NCBI RefSeq assembly: GCF_006345805.1
Contig: NC_043003.1
Location: forward strand, 9,114,001 to 9,178,000
DNA from: Octopus sinensis
Taxonomy: Eukaryota
Direction: 5' to 3'
Length of the DNA: 64,000 nt
Of this stretch, positions 1 through 13,974 are shown piece after piece; the first letter of the stretch is position 1; every line of letters begins with the position of its first letter. The position numbers and the translations under genes were made by a program. The notes below the pieces were generated by a model. The model worked only from the letters and a program-made list of their open reading frames with translations, did not search any database and was not told the DNA's origin.

Positions 1-154
1 TAGGAACATAAACCTTCTTCCAGGAAAAGATAGCTTAAACTGTGCTCTAAATGGAGGTGTAGTCAAATCCTATTTTATGGACTCAACCATGTTCTAAAAT
101 AAGTCGAAAGGTAAGCTACTATAAATCGGCACGAACTTTCCGGACAACCCAATA
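1..154. mobile_element. Tc1/mariner-type terminal inverted repeat (one end of a MITE or mariner element extending left of the window)
   Basis: The minus strand reads TA|TTGGGTTGTCCGGAAAGTTCGTGCCGATTT (152-123). This has mariner-like TIR form and a TA target at 153-154. The partner end is not in the window. Confidence 0.5.
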
Positions 155-769
155 TATAGTTTGTTGAATATAGCACTTGCAGGATTGTTACCCAAGATTG
201 AGGATCCTAAAAGAGCTAAACGACTGTCATCACAACGCTGTTTGGATTCTACGCGTTTGTAGATATGTCTTTTGGGTTTCATAACACTTCACAGACATTT
301 TAGAGGTTGATAAATGGTGTTACTCTAGGGTTTCTCTTCGTTTATGCCTACCTTAGTGATCTACTAGCCGCACCTCCGCTGGAACCTTTGAACAAAAACA
401 CAGAGTAACCGAAGATATTATGTTCTTGCTCAGAGGTGCTTGCACTCAACTAACACTTTGACTCTCTCAGGCACCGGTCTTATATTGTCATGTCTTTTCT
501 TGCCTTGCATTTGTGTTAGCAGAATGTTACATTATAATCCATAATAGAAGAATACCGATTCCACTGAGAGTATAGTTACCATTTATTTTAATGGGTGCTA
601 TAAAATATTTTAGCCTAAATCGCATCCAATAACCAGACCATATCCAATTTTTATACGTCAAAATAAAAGTCCTTTGTTTTACGTCAATGTGTGCTACACG
701 GACTGGAACCAGTCAGCAACATGCATTCTAGTGATTGGTAGGAAGTGTATCTACATTTTATATTTTTAA

Positions 770-1002
770 GGCGGCGAGCTGGCAGAAACGTTAGCACGCC
801 GGGCGAAATGCTTTGCAGTATTTCGTCCGACGCTGCGTTCTGAGTTCAAATTCCGCCGAGGTCGACTTTGCCTTTCATCCTTTCGGGGTCGATAAATTAA
901 GTACCAGTTACGCACTGGGTTCGATGTAATCGACTTAATCCCCTTGTCTGTCCTTGTTTGTCCCCTCTGTGTTTAACCTCTTGTGGGTAGTAAAGAAATA
1001 GG
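770..1002 (+). mobile_element. tRNA-derived SINE, family 'M' with B tail (GGCGGCGAGCTGGCAG head; central GCCTTTCATCCTTTCGGGGTCGATAAA domain)
   Basis: tRNA-like head with B-box GAGTTCAAATTCC. The central motif resembles the Meta/MESC SINE domain (recalled, not searched). Tail is GTCTGTCCTTGTTTGTCCCC...AAGAAATAG. More than 15 near-identical copies occur in the window. Confidence 0.85.
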
Positions 1003-1490
1003 TATATCTCTATTTTATATTTTTCACAAGACCCAAACATCTAAACACGGAGGCTTTCAGCCACATTGAGAGTAAACTCAGCACCACGAATCATTGAAAC
1101 ATCAAATATAGCAGGCGTTATTAGCGTTCAGAGCGAATAACGGTATGGTCCTTCAGTACACATATGGACCTGGTTGTCTAGGGTTAGTCGTGGGCATATA
1201 AGAACCCAGAAGACATTGCACAAAATGTCGGACTATCGTCTATTTGCCGCTTCCTCAGTTGTTTCGGTTTTGGTTCACGGGGAAGAATAGGAAAAAAAGA
1301 AACCTCAACTAAAATCGGCAGTTACAACATTTACGCACACTCGACACACAGACATACACACACACACCATTCTATTTAACGTCTAGTAGTTATATTTTCG
1401 GTCTCTTTTGTTTAACCGATAAATTACGTGGACGTAAACTAACCAACACCGGCTATGAAATAATGGTCGAGGACAAGCACAACACCCACT

Positions 1491-1530
<40 letters not shown>

Positions 1531-2454
1531 CACACCGGGTTTCTTATATCAGTTTCGTCCCACCAAAGCCACTGATAAGGCATTAGTTGGCCCAGGGATA
1601 TAATAGGAGATACTTGCGAAGGTGGGACTGAACCCAAGCCACGTATTTTAAAATTAAGCTTCTTAAACACACGCAGCCACGCCTGCACTTAAAGTATCTT
1701 TGATAATCCAAAACGAAAAACAAAACTCTTTTATGAATGTATATATTTTTTTATAGTTGAGTGTGATAAAAATAGATTCGTACAATGCTGTTACGTGTGA
1801 TAGACAGAAAAGAGAAACTCTATTCAATATTTGTTTCATACACAAACAAGATTTACAATTAAACAATTTCCGTATGTAAAGGGAGACCACTCAACATATT
1901 GAATTCTTATTTACCTTGAACCATCAACTCGCTTTGATAACGTCGTTAACAAACTTCGATTATGGGAATAGATTTTTTTTCTTTCCTATAAGTAAATATA
2001 AAACAATAGTTATCTGAAAATAAATAATTATTCTAAATGTACTTTTATTGTTACGTTTTCTTCCAGTTTTGATATCAATTTATTTTATAATTCTTTTCAT
2101 AATTTCCTTCTTTACCGGATTTGATAGAATCAAGCAGACGAGAGATAAATATATATATTTCTTTTGAGAAAACAACCATTATATCGCCAGAAATATTCCT
2201 TTATCTGATTCTTCTTGTCGTTAAGCTAATATCAACTCTGATTGACTAACAATAGACTAACAATAAATAATATACTGTATTTGATGGCATAAAAATTGCG
2301 CGATTATATTAGACGGAGCCCGATTTTAGCAGCGCAGATTCATGAATAACATAAGAATATTTTATTCTCCTGGATAAAATAAGAAAAATTACCTTGAAGG
2401 AAGCCCATCTTCATATATAAGACCAGGGGTGATTTTTTGACATTTTAATAATGG

Positions 2455-3420
2455 TTTCAAAATTTGGTACAAGGCCAGCAGTTTTGGGAAAGAGGTCAAA
2501 TCGATTACATTCGACCTCAGTGTTCAATTGGTACTTATTTTATTGATTCCGAATTATGAAAGGCAAGGTCGATCTTGGAGGAATTTGTTCTCAGGACGTA
2601 AAAACAGACGAAATATCGCTAAGCGGTTTGCCTGGCGTGTTAACGTTTCCTATTTCTTTATTGCCCACAAGGGGCTAAACATAGAGGGGACAAACAAGGA
2701 CAGACAGACGGATTAAGTCAATTACATCGATCCCAGTGCGCGACTGGTACTTATTTAATCGACCATGAAAGGATGAAAGGCAAAGTCGACCTTGGCGGAA
2801 TTTGAACTCAGAACGTAGCAGCAGACGAAATACCTATTTCTTTACAGCCCACAAGGGGCTACACACAGAGGGGACAAACAAGGACAGACAAACGGATTAT
2901 ATTGACCCCAGTGCGTAACTGGTACTTATTTAATCGACCATGAAAGGATGAAAGGCAAAGTCGACCTTGGCGGAATTTGAACTCAGAACGTAGCAGCAGA
3001 CGAAATACCTATTTCTTTACAGCCCACAAGGGGCTACACACAGAGGGGACAAACAAGGACAGACAAACGGATTATATTGACCCCAGTGCGTAACTGGTAC
3101 TTATTTAATCGACCATGAAAGGATGAAAGGCAAAGTCGACCTCGGCGGAATTTGAATTCAGGACGTAGGGGCAGACGAAATACCTATTTCTTTACTACCC
3201 ACAATGGGCTAAAAACAGAGGAGACAAACAAGGGCAGACAGACCAGACGGATTAAGTCGATTATATCGATCCCAGAGCGTAACTGGTACTTAATTTATCG
3301 ACCCCGAAGGGATGAAAGGCAAAGTCGACCTCGGCAGAATTTGTACTCAGAACGTAAAAACAGACAAAATATCGCTAAGCATTTTGCCTGGCGTGTTAAC
3401 GTTTCTGCACCTCACCGCCT
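2455..3420 (-). repeat. Head-to-tail array of family-M SINE segments (~175-bp period)
   Basis: Unit CCTATTTCTTTA...GACGAAATA recurs at ~2648, 2831, 3006 and 3181. Units 2831-3005 and 3006-3180 are almost identical. Confidence 0.9.
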
Positions 3421-3818
3421 TATTTCGAGTCTTTAATAATAACATTTAAAAAAAAGCGTCTTGTATGCCGTCAAATACAGTTATGTACCAAGAATAATAT
3501 TATCTAATGTGTCCTTGGAGATAAAATGAAAATTCGAGACAAGTCAAGTGAAAGTTCATTGTTGGGAATAGATGTTATGAATAGCGGTCGGCCAGTTTGA
3601 AGGTCTCTGCTTTATTCTCTTTCTATGTAGAAGCACTAGTGTACTAAGTGCTGGATATTTCATTCCTCACGATAAATCATCTCAGGGAAATTTATTTTTC
3701 TGGGAATTTTTTATAAGGATTAATTCTTCTCAAACGGGGTTATCATCAACAGTGTTTTCGGATATAACAGATTCCAGATATAACAGTATTATATACAAAT
3801 AATGTGCCCGTATGCATA

Positions 3819-3898
3819 ATACATACATACGTACATACATACATACATAGATATATACATAGATACATACATATACACATACTAAATACAATCATACA

Positions 3899-3932
<34 letters not shown>

Positions 3933-4001
3933 CATACATACATAGATACATACATAGATACATACATATATACATAGATACATACATGCATACATACATA
4001 C

Positions 4002-4060
<59 letters not shown>

Positions 4061-4087
4061 CATATACATACATACATACATACATAC

Positions 4088-4118
<31 letters not shown>

Positions 4119-4130
4119 CATACGCATATG
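3819..4130. repeat. (TACA)n microsatellite
   Basis: Directly visible. It explains the MYVC/HTYI ORFs. Confidence 0.95.
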
Positions 4131-4489
4131 TATGTGTATGTACGTGCGTTTTCGACGGAAGGAGTATTAATACCAAATGACAATCTTTATATCCATCTTA
4201 ACATGGATGTATAGCTTGAAAACCGAGTACTGAGGTATTTGTCCCGAGAACGTCTTATACAGACGTACGGTGCCAAGAGCACATATATAAAAGAGGAACA
4301 GGAATATCTTACCTATGTTAGTGATAACATTTAAAGTGAAGATGGGAGTAAACCAAATTATTTTCCTAGGTCTACTTGGTTCGCTCTCTGTCCCTAATTG
4401 TTAAAACTTACAAGGTAAGTGATTCCTAACTTGCCTGGAGATCCTCTGCACCTACAAATAAAACAGAGTAGCATGAGACTGACTCAAGC

Positions 4490-4912
4490 AAAATAGTAAA
4501 CAGTAAGTTCTGATTTTGTAGTGTTTACATATTTTCCAATGTAAATACTGTCTTACTGTTCTGATTTTGTAGTGTTTACATATTTTCCAATGTAAATACT
4601 GTCTATTGTGGCGTTTTTTTTTGTATTCGTTTGGTGTCAGCACAGGACATTCCGAGAGGAGATGGTCTATTGTTCCGTCAAATGTATCGCGGAATCTGTA
4701 TTTAGGGTCAGAACGGTTTTGAAGAACATTAGCCTGGTAGTTTTTGGTAAGCAGGCTTTGGTCTTGTACTATCAATATGAAGCCTTCAGTCTCTGCTTTC
4801 AGTCCTGAGCTTCTCAGCCACTGATTGATTGTTGCTTGGTCTACATCAGCATTTCGGCTTCGAAGTATGTACTGTCCATGTAGAGGCTTCTGGCTCCATC
4901 GCTCCTCAATTT
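4490..4912 (-). pseudogene. R4-clade (restriction-like endonuclease type) non-LTR retrotransposon fragment: post-RT region and degenerate CCHC knuckle
   Basis: Manual translation gives WSQKPLHGQYILRSRNADVDQATINQWLRSSGLKAETEGFILIVQDQSLLTKNYQANVLQNRSDPKYRFRDTFDGTIDHLLSECPVLTPNEYKK.RH..QYLHWKICKHY. This matches the LHGQ / AAQDQ / CxxC-H-C / RHD..HW pattern of R4/Dong elements. Confidence 0.8.
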
Positions 4913-4978
4913 GTTATTATTATTATTATTATTATTATATTATTATTATTATTATTATTATTATCATCATCATTATTA

Positions 4979-5185
4979 AGGCGGCGAATTGGCAGAATTG
5001 CTCGCACGCCGGCGAAATGCTTAGCGGCATTTCGTCAGACGCTACGTTTTCTGAGTTCAAATTCCGCCGAGGTTGACTCTGCCTTTCATGTTTTCGGTGT
5101 CGAATAAATATGTACCAGTTTCGCACTGGGGTCGGTGTCATCGACTTAATCCTTCCCAAGCTGCCTTTGTGGCAAAAATTTGAAA
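4979..5185 (+). mobile_element. Family-M SINE with the alternative A tail (CCTTGTGCCAAAATTTGAAA)
   Basis: Same head and central domain as 770-1002, but a different 3' end. Flanked by (ATT/ATC)n. Confidence 0.8.
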
Positions 5186-5203
5186 TCATCATCATCATCA
5201 TCA

Positions 5204-5249
<46 letters not shown>

Positions 5250-5250
<1 letters not shown>

Positions 5251-5700
5251 GAGTATGAGAGCAGTTCATGCCATCAAAGTGACACTGGGGTAAAATATAC
5301 GAAGCCCAATATACCCATCATGACTACCCGTCTGATAAGGGTACACCAGGCACATGCATCACAACCATATGTGCACGACATGGTGATCTCATATCAAGAT
5401 AAACAGCACATGACCTTGCAGTTAGAATATTCTTCATGTTGAGTAGCCCATCCCGCTCAAAAGGTCCCTGAATAAGGGTTGTTTAAGGATGTTGAAAGAA
5501 CCACCCATGTTTCCAGAGGCGAATTATTCAAACCCCAAAGAATCCCTCTCAACACATGGCTATGATGCTCCCCCACTACTTCTGCTTGTTATCAGAGATG
5601 CACATATCGTCAGCCACTAAGGGACATGCTCAACTGGTTAAAGTCAAACAACTGACAAGCAAATCTGTGGTATACTAAGGGACATGCTCAACTGGACTAA
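5250..5700 (-). repeat. Dispersed repeat ending in an (AAT)n tail; probable non-LTR-derived 3' region. Second copy at 8328-8722
   Basis: Shared blocks AGGGTACACCAGGCACATGCATCAC, GAGTAGCCCATCCCGCTCAAAAG and CAGCCACTAAGGGACAT at both loci. The (ATT)n run at 5207-5250 abuts its minus-strand 3' end. Confidence 0.7.
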
Positions 5701-5730
5701 GGGACATGCTCAATATTATTATTATTATTA

Positions 5731-5770
<40 letters not shown>

Positions 5771-6482
5771 CATTTGATCCTAGCATATCGTTATATGTAT
5801 CGATCTCGTATTTCTGGTGATATAATGGTATTTCTCCAAAGGAATATATATTTATGTTTTGTTTACCTGAAGCTCGGTCTCTGATTTCGCTACGTTCCAT
5901 ATATCTTCGTCGGAATTCTTCTGCTGCCGTTACTCTTACAGCACGGTATATTTTTGTTTCCCCCCAGTACCTAATATCTATTTGTATCGCAGACCAACAT
6001 CAACGCATTAATCTCGCCTGCACACTTCCGCTGATAACTTTACCGCTAAGCTCTTCTCTCAGCTCAACCAAACTCTTTCATGCTGCTTAACATTAAGAAT
6101 AATAATAAAAAAAAAACCTATCTTTGCATCATTTCTCTTCAGTTTTCACGAACCTTCACCATTAAATGTCCATTTCTCACAACAAAGCATCAACACATTC
6201 CTTATCATACTCCTACGCTTTACTTTTAGCATCGCGAGAGAAACCTATTATTGCCAAAAAACCTTTCACTCTTTCTTATTTAAGATAATTTCATTTAAAC
6301 AATCTCTCGCAGTAATTAGGTCACCTACTTAACATAAATTATTGAAAACATTTCGTGGGCTTGCTTAGCGGTTTATACATTTACTTCTTCCGTGCTCTCA
6401 CTGGTTTACTAATACAAATATTTGCACATACTTTTGTGTACCCATCGCATACTATGAGTATAAAAGAAATAGGGTGTCAGAA

Positions 6483-6722
6483 GGCGGCGAGCTGGCAGAA
6501 ATGTTAGCACCTCGGGCGAAATGCTTAGCGGTGTTTCATCTATCTTTACGTTCTGGGTTCAAATTCCGCCGAGGTCGACTTTGTATTTCATCCTTTCGGT
6601 GTCGATAAACTAAGTACCAGTTACGCACTGGGGTCGATGTATTTGACTTAATCCCTTTGTCTGTCCTTGTTTGTCCTCTCTGTGTATAGCCCCTTGTGGG
6701 CAATAAATAAATAAGAAATAGG
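6483..6722 (+). mobile_element. Family-M SINE, B tail
   Basis: Same sequence as 770-1002. Confidence 0.85.
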
Positions 6723-7134
6723 CTATCAGGTTTTTATCAACACACCTTTACATATAAGCATACAGACAGTATCGAATTTCTGTTTACCTCTTTCATTTCT
6801 AGATTTATATTGTTTTTATTTTTAAATCCCATTTTGGTTACTTTTTGAAATCTGTAATTCACTCTAACGCACTGGATCACCCTTAAAAAGATGACGTTTA
6901 AAAGTTTTGTCAGTTTGAAATGGATAACGACAAGCCTAACACAGCAGTGACTGTGAGTCTTGTTATGAAATCTTCCGGCCTAACGTTCCGAGTTCAAATA
7001 CCGCCGATGTCGACTTTGCTTTCGATGTTGATAAAACAAGAATCATTTGAGCACCGAGGTCGATTTAATCGACTATCCTCCGCCCTCAACATTTTAGACT
7101 CTGTGTCTATAGTAGTAGAAAGGGTTATCTATGT

Positions 7135-7335
7135 TAAATGCCCAACAGTCATAGGGTGTCAGCATCATGATCGTAAGATTGTGGTTTCGATTCCTCGACC
7201 GGGCGACGCTTTGTGTTCTTGAGCAAAACACTTCATTTCACTTTGCTCCAGTCCACTCAGCTGGCAAAAATGAGTAACGCTGCGATGGACTGGCGTCCCG
7301 GCCAGCTGGGAAACACATACGCCGTTGAAAGCAGG
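7135..7335 (+). mobile_element. tRNA-derived SINE, family 'R': body Y (CORE/V-like TGTGTTCTTGAGCAAAACACT) plus tail C
   Basis: B-box GGTTTCGATTCC, then GCTCCAGTCCACTCAGCTGGCAAAAATGAGT, then tail CGATGGACTGGCGTCCCG. Confidence 0.7.
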
Positions 7336-7339
7336 TTCG

Positions 7340-7820
7340 GGGCTCTATGCCAGTCCATTATGATTCTCTGCTTCTGGTTTTAGATTAGACTCACTGTTTT
7401 AAAATATGAGTTCATGGAAACATGTCTCCCTCTCACCTCATATCATTTGAGTGTTCAAGCGAATATATTAATAATTTCTCAGTGCCAGCTATTAATGTTT
7501 ATATGTAGAGTCGGAACCACCAAGTAATGCTTTGAAAAGGCTGCCCAATCATTGTCACAAAATCCTCCACATTAGCTAATGTTTCAACAAGAACTGCATT
7601 TCAATCGGCATATCCAAGGTTATTGACCTGAAGATGGTTTACTCATAAAGACACAGTGTTGTAGGCGATAAATCTGGGGACTTCCTTCTTCCTCTCAACC
7701 ATTACGCATTTAACTTATCTTAAAATCCTATCAAAGAAACATTTGGCTGGACAATTTTCTGATATCCGGTATTTTAATATCCGGCTGGTTTGATTTAAAC
7801 TTGACCCTACCTACACATCC
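7340..7820 (-). pseudogene. Highly decayed LINE (RTE-like) reverse transcriptase fragment
   Basis: The minus frame reads ...CFFDRILR*V...VNNLGYAD*NAVLVETLANVEDFV..., resembling RT motifs B'-C (YADD), with many stops. Confidence 0.35.
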
Positions 7821-8168
7821 TTTTAATACACAAACCGCATATTGTATCGTAATCTGAGACATTATATCTCATTCTTTAACTGTAACGCATTTCCATGTAA
7901 AGTTTCACTTTCTATTCTTATTCCTGTTTGTGTTTACGTAGAATACACTCTCATTATCTCTTACCTTTCCTTCCTGTTTTTTAACAACAAATTCTTTAAA
8001 CTACTGGAGCCCGAGTTCTCTCTTCTTCATCCGTTTTCTCTTTTTACTTCTCTCTAAAATTCTCCAGCCATCAACTTTTTGTCCTCCAATGAGTATACAC
8101 CCCTCCACACACACGCACGCACGCATAATCATACACGCACACATATACACACACACGCAAGCACACAC

Positions 8169-8325
8169 ATGGTCAGTCTAGTACGGTCGTTCACGACCAA
8201 TTTTAGCCAATGGATTCCCCTTTCATTTCAGTTTTACTCGGATGGACCCTCACAGGCATTCGATGTTTTAAAAAATCCTAGTTTTTTATAATTGGATATT
8301 ATTAAGGATTTTATTCTTGTATTCT
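8169..8325. repeat. ~150-bp dispersed duplication; second copy at ~9704-9850
   Basis: ATGGTCAGTC...GGACCCTCACAG.CATTCGATGTTT.AAAAAATCCTAGTTTTTTATAATTGGATATTT is present at both loci. Confidence 0.75.
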
Positions 8326-9289
8326 TTTAAGGGTACACCAGGCACATGCATCACAATCATATGTGCGAACCAGGGTAGTCCTAAATCAAGATATGCAGCA
8401 TATGATCTTGCAGGTGGGGCCCAGTTAGAATTTTCTTCAGGTCGAGTAGCCCATCCCGCTCAAAAGATCCCTGAATAAGATTTGTTTAAGGATAATGAGC
8501 GAATCACCCGTGCTTCCAGTATTCAATTATTCAAACCCCAAAGAATTCCTCTCTATACTTGGCTATGATGCTCGTGATCAAAGATGCACGCATCATCAGC
8601 CACTAAGGGACATTCTCAACAGGTTAAGGTAAAGCAACGGACAAGCAAATCTGTGGTATTGAGCAGAATATTTGTTGTAGTCCATCTTTTATACCAAGAC
8701 AAAACATGTACATGATAACACTACGACTGCGAGTCCGCTACCCTAACCACTGGGCCATTGCGCCTCCACAGTCGAGGGATTACTATATATATATATATAC
8801 ATATACATGCACACTTCGTTCCTTATTCTCTGAAGACATCATCATCGATATTCAAGGCACATAACTGCGTTTGATTCCCACACTGCTCAACTTCAGAGTT
8901 ACACCGATTCTACTCCCTGAATTTTTAAAGAAAAAAAATCATTATCTTTTCTAGCTTAGGTACAAAGCCTGAAATTTTGAGGGCGGGGATAGTCGATTAT
9001 ATCGATCTCAGTGCTCAACTGGTTCTTGTTTTATCGATCCCGAAAGGATGAAAGTCAAAGTCGACCCCGGCGGCATTTAAACTCAAAACGTAAAGACGGA
9101 AGAAATGTCGTCAGGCAGTCTGTTCGGCGCGCTAACGATTCAGCCAACACGCCGCTTTTGATAATTATAATAATATGAATTATGGAAACATTATTCCTTT
9201 AACGCATTCGATTCATGGCGGTAAATACCTTGAAGTTTTGGAGTTTTATCGTGTAGGAGAGAGAAAAATAAATATAAGAAAAACAGTTT

Positions 9290-9712
9290 TTGAATAAATC
9301 TTCAAAAGGTGTTGGATGGATTATAGAATATGAATTAGATATAAAGAAAAAAAGTCATTCTGATCAGCAAGCTGTCCATTGTATTGCTAAGATATGAAGT
9401 TGGAGTAATGAAATGGAAAGCATAAGAAAATAGTTTAGACTGAAAAACAAGAAAGCATTTGAATATGGATAACGCACTTGTAGAATCGATCGATTTTACT
9501 TACAATAGCAGATGAGCGGAAAAAAATATGAATAGCTGTGGAGAATGCGTCAAAACAGTGAGAGAATGGTTTTGGATGGTATGTAAAGAATAATAGAGGA
9601 GAGCTTATTGAAAGAATTAAGATTATTGTTGTGGCACATGGAAAGGAAGAAGTGAGATATATAATTGAAAGAATGGAAACTAATTGGGTAAACAAACGTA
9701 TTTATGGTCAGT
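9290..9712 (+). pseudogene. Old R4-clade non-LTR fragment (RT C-terminal region)
   Basis: Reads ..LLRYEVGVMKWKA*ENSLD*KTRKHLNMDNAL...SCGECVKTVREWFGWYVKNN...NWVNKRIYGQ. This resembles the R4 consensus LRYSAGII.W...LDRKTRKLL...GWYV...W..K.LHGQ. Confidence 0.5.
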
Positions 9713-10112
9713 CAAGGACGGTGGTTCACGACCATTTTTAGCCAATTCATTTCAGTTTGGCTCGGGTGGACCCTCACAGACATTCGATGTTTAAAAAAAA
9801 ATCCTAGTTTTTTATAATTGGATATTTTTAAGGGTTTTATTCTTGTGTTCTCTTACTTGTTTTGGTTATCTCCCTGCGGCAATGCTGGAGCAACGCCTTA
9901 AAGGGGTGGGGGTGGATGCGGGGGCGGGGGTTGGTGGGTTAGTCGAAGAAATCGATCCCAGGACTTATTTTTTGTAGGCTTAGTGCTTATCCTGTTGGTC
10001 ACTTTTCTAGAACCGCTAGCTTACGAGGACGTAAACACACCGATGTCGGTTGTCAAGCAATAGTTAGGGGATAAGTGCAGACACCAAACACACACATAAG
10101 TATATACATCCA

Positions 10113-10165
<53 letters not shown>

Positions 10166-10294
10166 TTACGACGGGATTCTTTCAGTTTCTGACTACCAAA
10201 TCCACTTGGTCAACCCAAGGCTATTTGCCCATGTGGTTGGGGAAAAGGCTTCTTGTTAAGATATTTTGTGTATTGTAGCAATATTAGAATATAT

Positions 10295-10660
10295 TACGAC
10301 GACGAGGGTTCCGGTTGATCCGATCAACGGAACAGCTTGCTCGTGAAATTAACGTGTAAGTGGCTGAGCACTCCACAGACACGTGTACCCTTAACGTAAT
10401 TCTCGGAGATATTCAGCATGACACAGAGAGTGACAAGACCGGCCCTTTAAAATACAGGTACAACAGAAACATGAAGTAAGAGTGAGAGAAAGTTGTGGTG
10501 AAAGAGTACAGCAGGGATCACCACCATCCCCTGCCGGAGCCTCGTGAAGCTTTAGGTGTTTTCGCTCAATAAACACTCACAACGCCCGGTCTGGGAATCG
10601 AAACCGCGATCCTACGACCGCGAGTCCGCTGCCCTAACCACTGAGCCATTGCATCTCCAC
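10295..10660 (-). mobile_element. Family-R SINE, body X plus tail D
   Basis: Reverse complement of the 29429-29815 element. Short TTAGAATAT flanking duplication. Confidence 0.85.
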
Positions 10661-11002
10661 TTTAGAATATTATAGAAATATATGGAAATATAATTACAGG
10701 TAAAATTTTAACAACCAAATCTTACAAAGAACCCCAAGAGTCATATGGACCCCTGTTGAGAACCGCAGGTCTAGAATAAACATGAGAAAGTGAAAAAATG
10801 CTGATGGTGAGGATGATAAAAGAGAAGCAGCCTTCAGAGTCGAGACTGAATATTCGCATCTCTGGATCACGATTAAAATTTTTCAAATGTTTGGGCCGTA
10901 CAGTCAACCATCGAGTAAAAATATTCTGGTTCTTATTGATTACAAAATTTACGGCCCAAACATTTGAAAAATGACTTTAAATAACTGGGAGAATATTAAG
11001 GG

Positions 11003-11410
11003 CTCAGGCGTGGTTGTGTGGTAAGAAGCTTGCTTCTCAACCACATGGTTCTGGGTTCTAGTGTCGCTGCGTGACACTTTGGGCAAGCGTCTTTTACAAT
11101 AGCCTCGGGTCGACCAAACCCTCATGGGTGAATTTGGTAGACAGAAATCGAAAGACGCCCGCCGTATGTATGTATATACATATGTATATATATGTGTGTG
11201 TCCTGCCACCACCACCACCACCACTAGACAACAGGCGTTGATGTGTTTACGTCCCTGTAATTTAGCGGTTCGGCAAAAGAAACCGATAAAATAAGTACCA
11301 TGCTTTAACAACAGAAAACGAGTGCTGGGGTCGAGCTATTCGACTAAATATTCTTCAAGACTGTGCTCCAGCATGGCCGTAATCTAATGACTGCAATAAG
11401 TAAAAGATAA
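11003..11410 (+). mobile_element. tRNA-derived SINE, family 'K' (internal TA/TG microsatellite; CR1-like tail)
   Basis: Head GTGGTTGTGTGGTAAGAAGCTTGCTT, CORE-like CTTTGGGCAAG, internal microsatellite, tail GTGCTCCAGCATGGCC. Confidence 0.8.
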
Positions 11411-11606
11411 ACAATAAAAGATATCGTCCCAAGAGAACCAAACAACAGAAGGATGTCTCAACAAAAGAACAGTGTCTGTGATATCATAGGTGCAGGCGTG
11501 GCGCTATGAACCATGTGACTTTGAGTTTAGTCCCAATGAACCTTGAGGCAAGTGTCCTCTACCATAGCACTTTGTCACTGAATTTTGTAGATGGAAAGGA
11601 AGTCCG

Positions 11607-12762
<1,156 letters not shown>

Positions 12763-12879
12763 GGTGGGGGTGTTCGTTCGTGTTTGTCCACCACCACCAC
12801 CACCACTGCTTGACAACAAGTAAGGGTTGGTTTATGTCTCCGAAACTTAGCCGTTCTGCAAAAGAGACCAATAGAATAT

Positions 12880-13140
12880 GTGAAAAAAAAAGGTTAACGC
12901 TATTTCCCGAATCATATAAACTCATAGGACGTGTTTTCCGGTTTCTATGGCGTATATATTCCTCCACTGGACGGGAAGTTGGTCCGTCGCAGGAATTTTC
13001 CTTTTTGCCAGCCGAGTGGACTGGAGCAACGTGGATTGAAGCGTTTTGCACAAGAACACAGCGCATCGCTTGGTCTAGGACTCGAAACCCCATTCTTACG
13101 ATCATTAGTGCAACACACTAAACCGCTGGCCTCCACGCAG
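12880..13140 (-). mobile_element. Family-R SINE, body Y plus tail C (diverged)
   Basis: tRNA-like head at 13070-13140 and GCTCCAGTCCACTCGGCTGGCAAAAA on the minus strand. Confidence 0.65.
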
Positions 13141-13164
13141 AATAAGTAACAGACTTCACATAAG

Positions 13165-13480
13165 TTTCTTTTATTTATGCGCCCTTTTCAAGCCTAGCCA
13201 GGCTCATGGGTCCGGTTTCCCGGTTTCTGTGGCATATGTGTTCCCCCCAGCTCGACGGGACGCCAGTCCATCGCAGCGTTACTCAAGAAACAGGAAGAAA
13301 GAGTGAGAGAAAGTTGTGATGAAAGAGAACAACAGGGGTCGCCATCCCCCCTGCCGGAGCCTCGTGGAGCTTTAGGTGTTTTCGCTCAATAAACACACAC
13401 AACGTCCGGTCTGGGAATCGAAACCGCGATCCTCCGACCGCGAGTCCCTTGCCTTAACCACTGGGCCATTGCGCCTCCAC
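13165..13480 (-). mobile_element. Family-R SINE, body X plus tail C
   Basis: Head and body match 29429ff. The tail is GTAACGCTGCGATGGACTGGCGTCCCG...AGCCTGGCTAGGCTTGAAAAGGGCGC. Confidence 0.85.
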
Positions 13481-13974
13481 CTTCAAATAAGTACTGGGAT
13501 CAATTTGTTTGACTAAACCTCTGAAGGCGGTGCCTCAACATGGCTGTCATCCAAGGACGGAAATAAGTGAAAGATAAACGACAAGAGGTAAATCTATAAA
13601 TACAACAAGCCCTTCGTATATGTAGCTCCTGGGTGGTGTTGAAACCCTTCAACATGAAATTATTGAGCGTATTTATGAGGAAAATCGATTTGTACGTCAA
13701 AAGATAAATTAAAAAGAACCTTTACTTGCTTGTCATTATTTATGATTTATCATCGACGTCGCATTTTTATTATTAGTCTACTAGTCTACTGTTCTATATT
13801 ATTTGAAAATTTATAGACTTGACATCAGTCCAAATATGTTTGCGATGTTTGAACCCGTAAAATGGCTCTTCCCTGTCGTTTGTCACAGAGAAGTATTCTT
13901 GCTGGAAACAAAAAGGTATAAAAATACTATGGTCAGTTCAGAGTCTAGGAACACTATGGTCTGGTACTCTGTCG

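Noticed and set aside
94-282. 'LYIG' in the minus ORF as a GIY-YIG motif
   Set aside because: The motif overlaps a mariner-type TIR and has no upstream GIY half.
4312-4452. Minus-strand exon candidate (TTTGTAG...ATAG|GTAAGA)
   Set aside because: All three frames contain stops.
7627-7640. CTGAAGATGG as a hammerhead core (also at 32655 and 45327)
   Set aside because: No correctly placed stem II, GAAA or flanking stem I.
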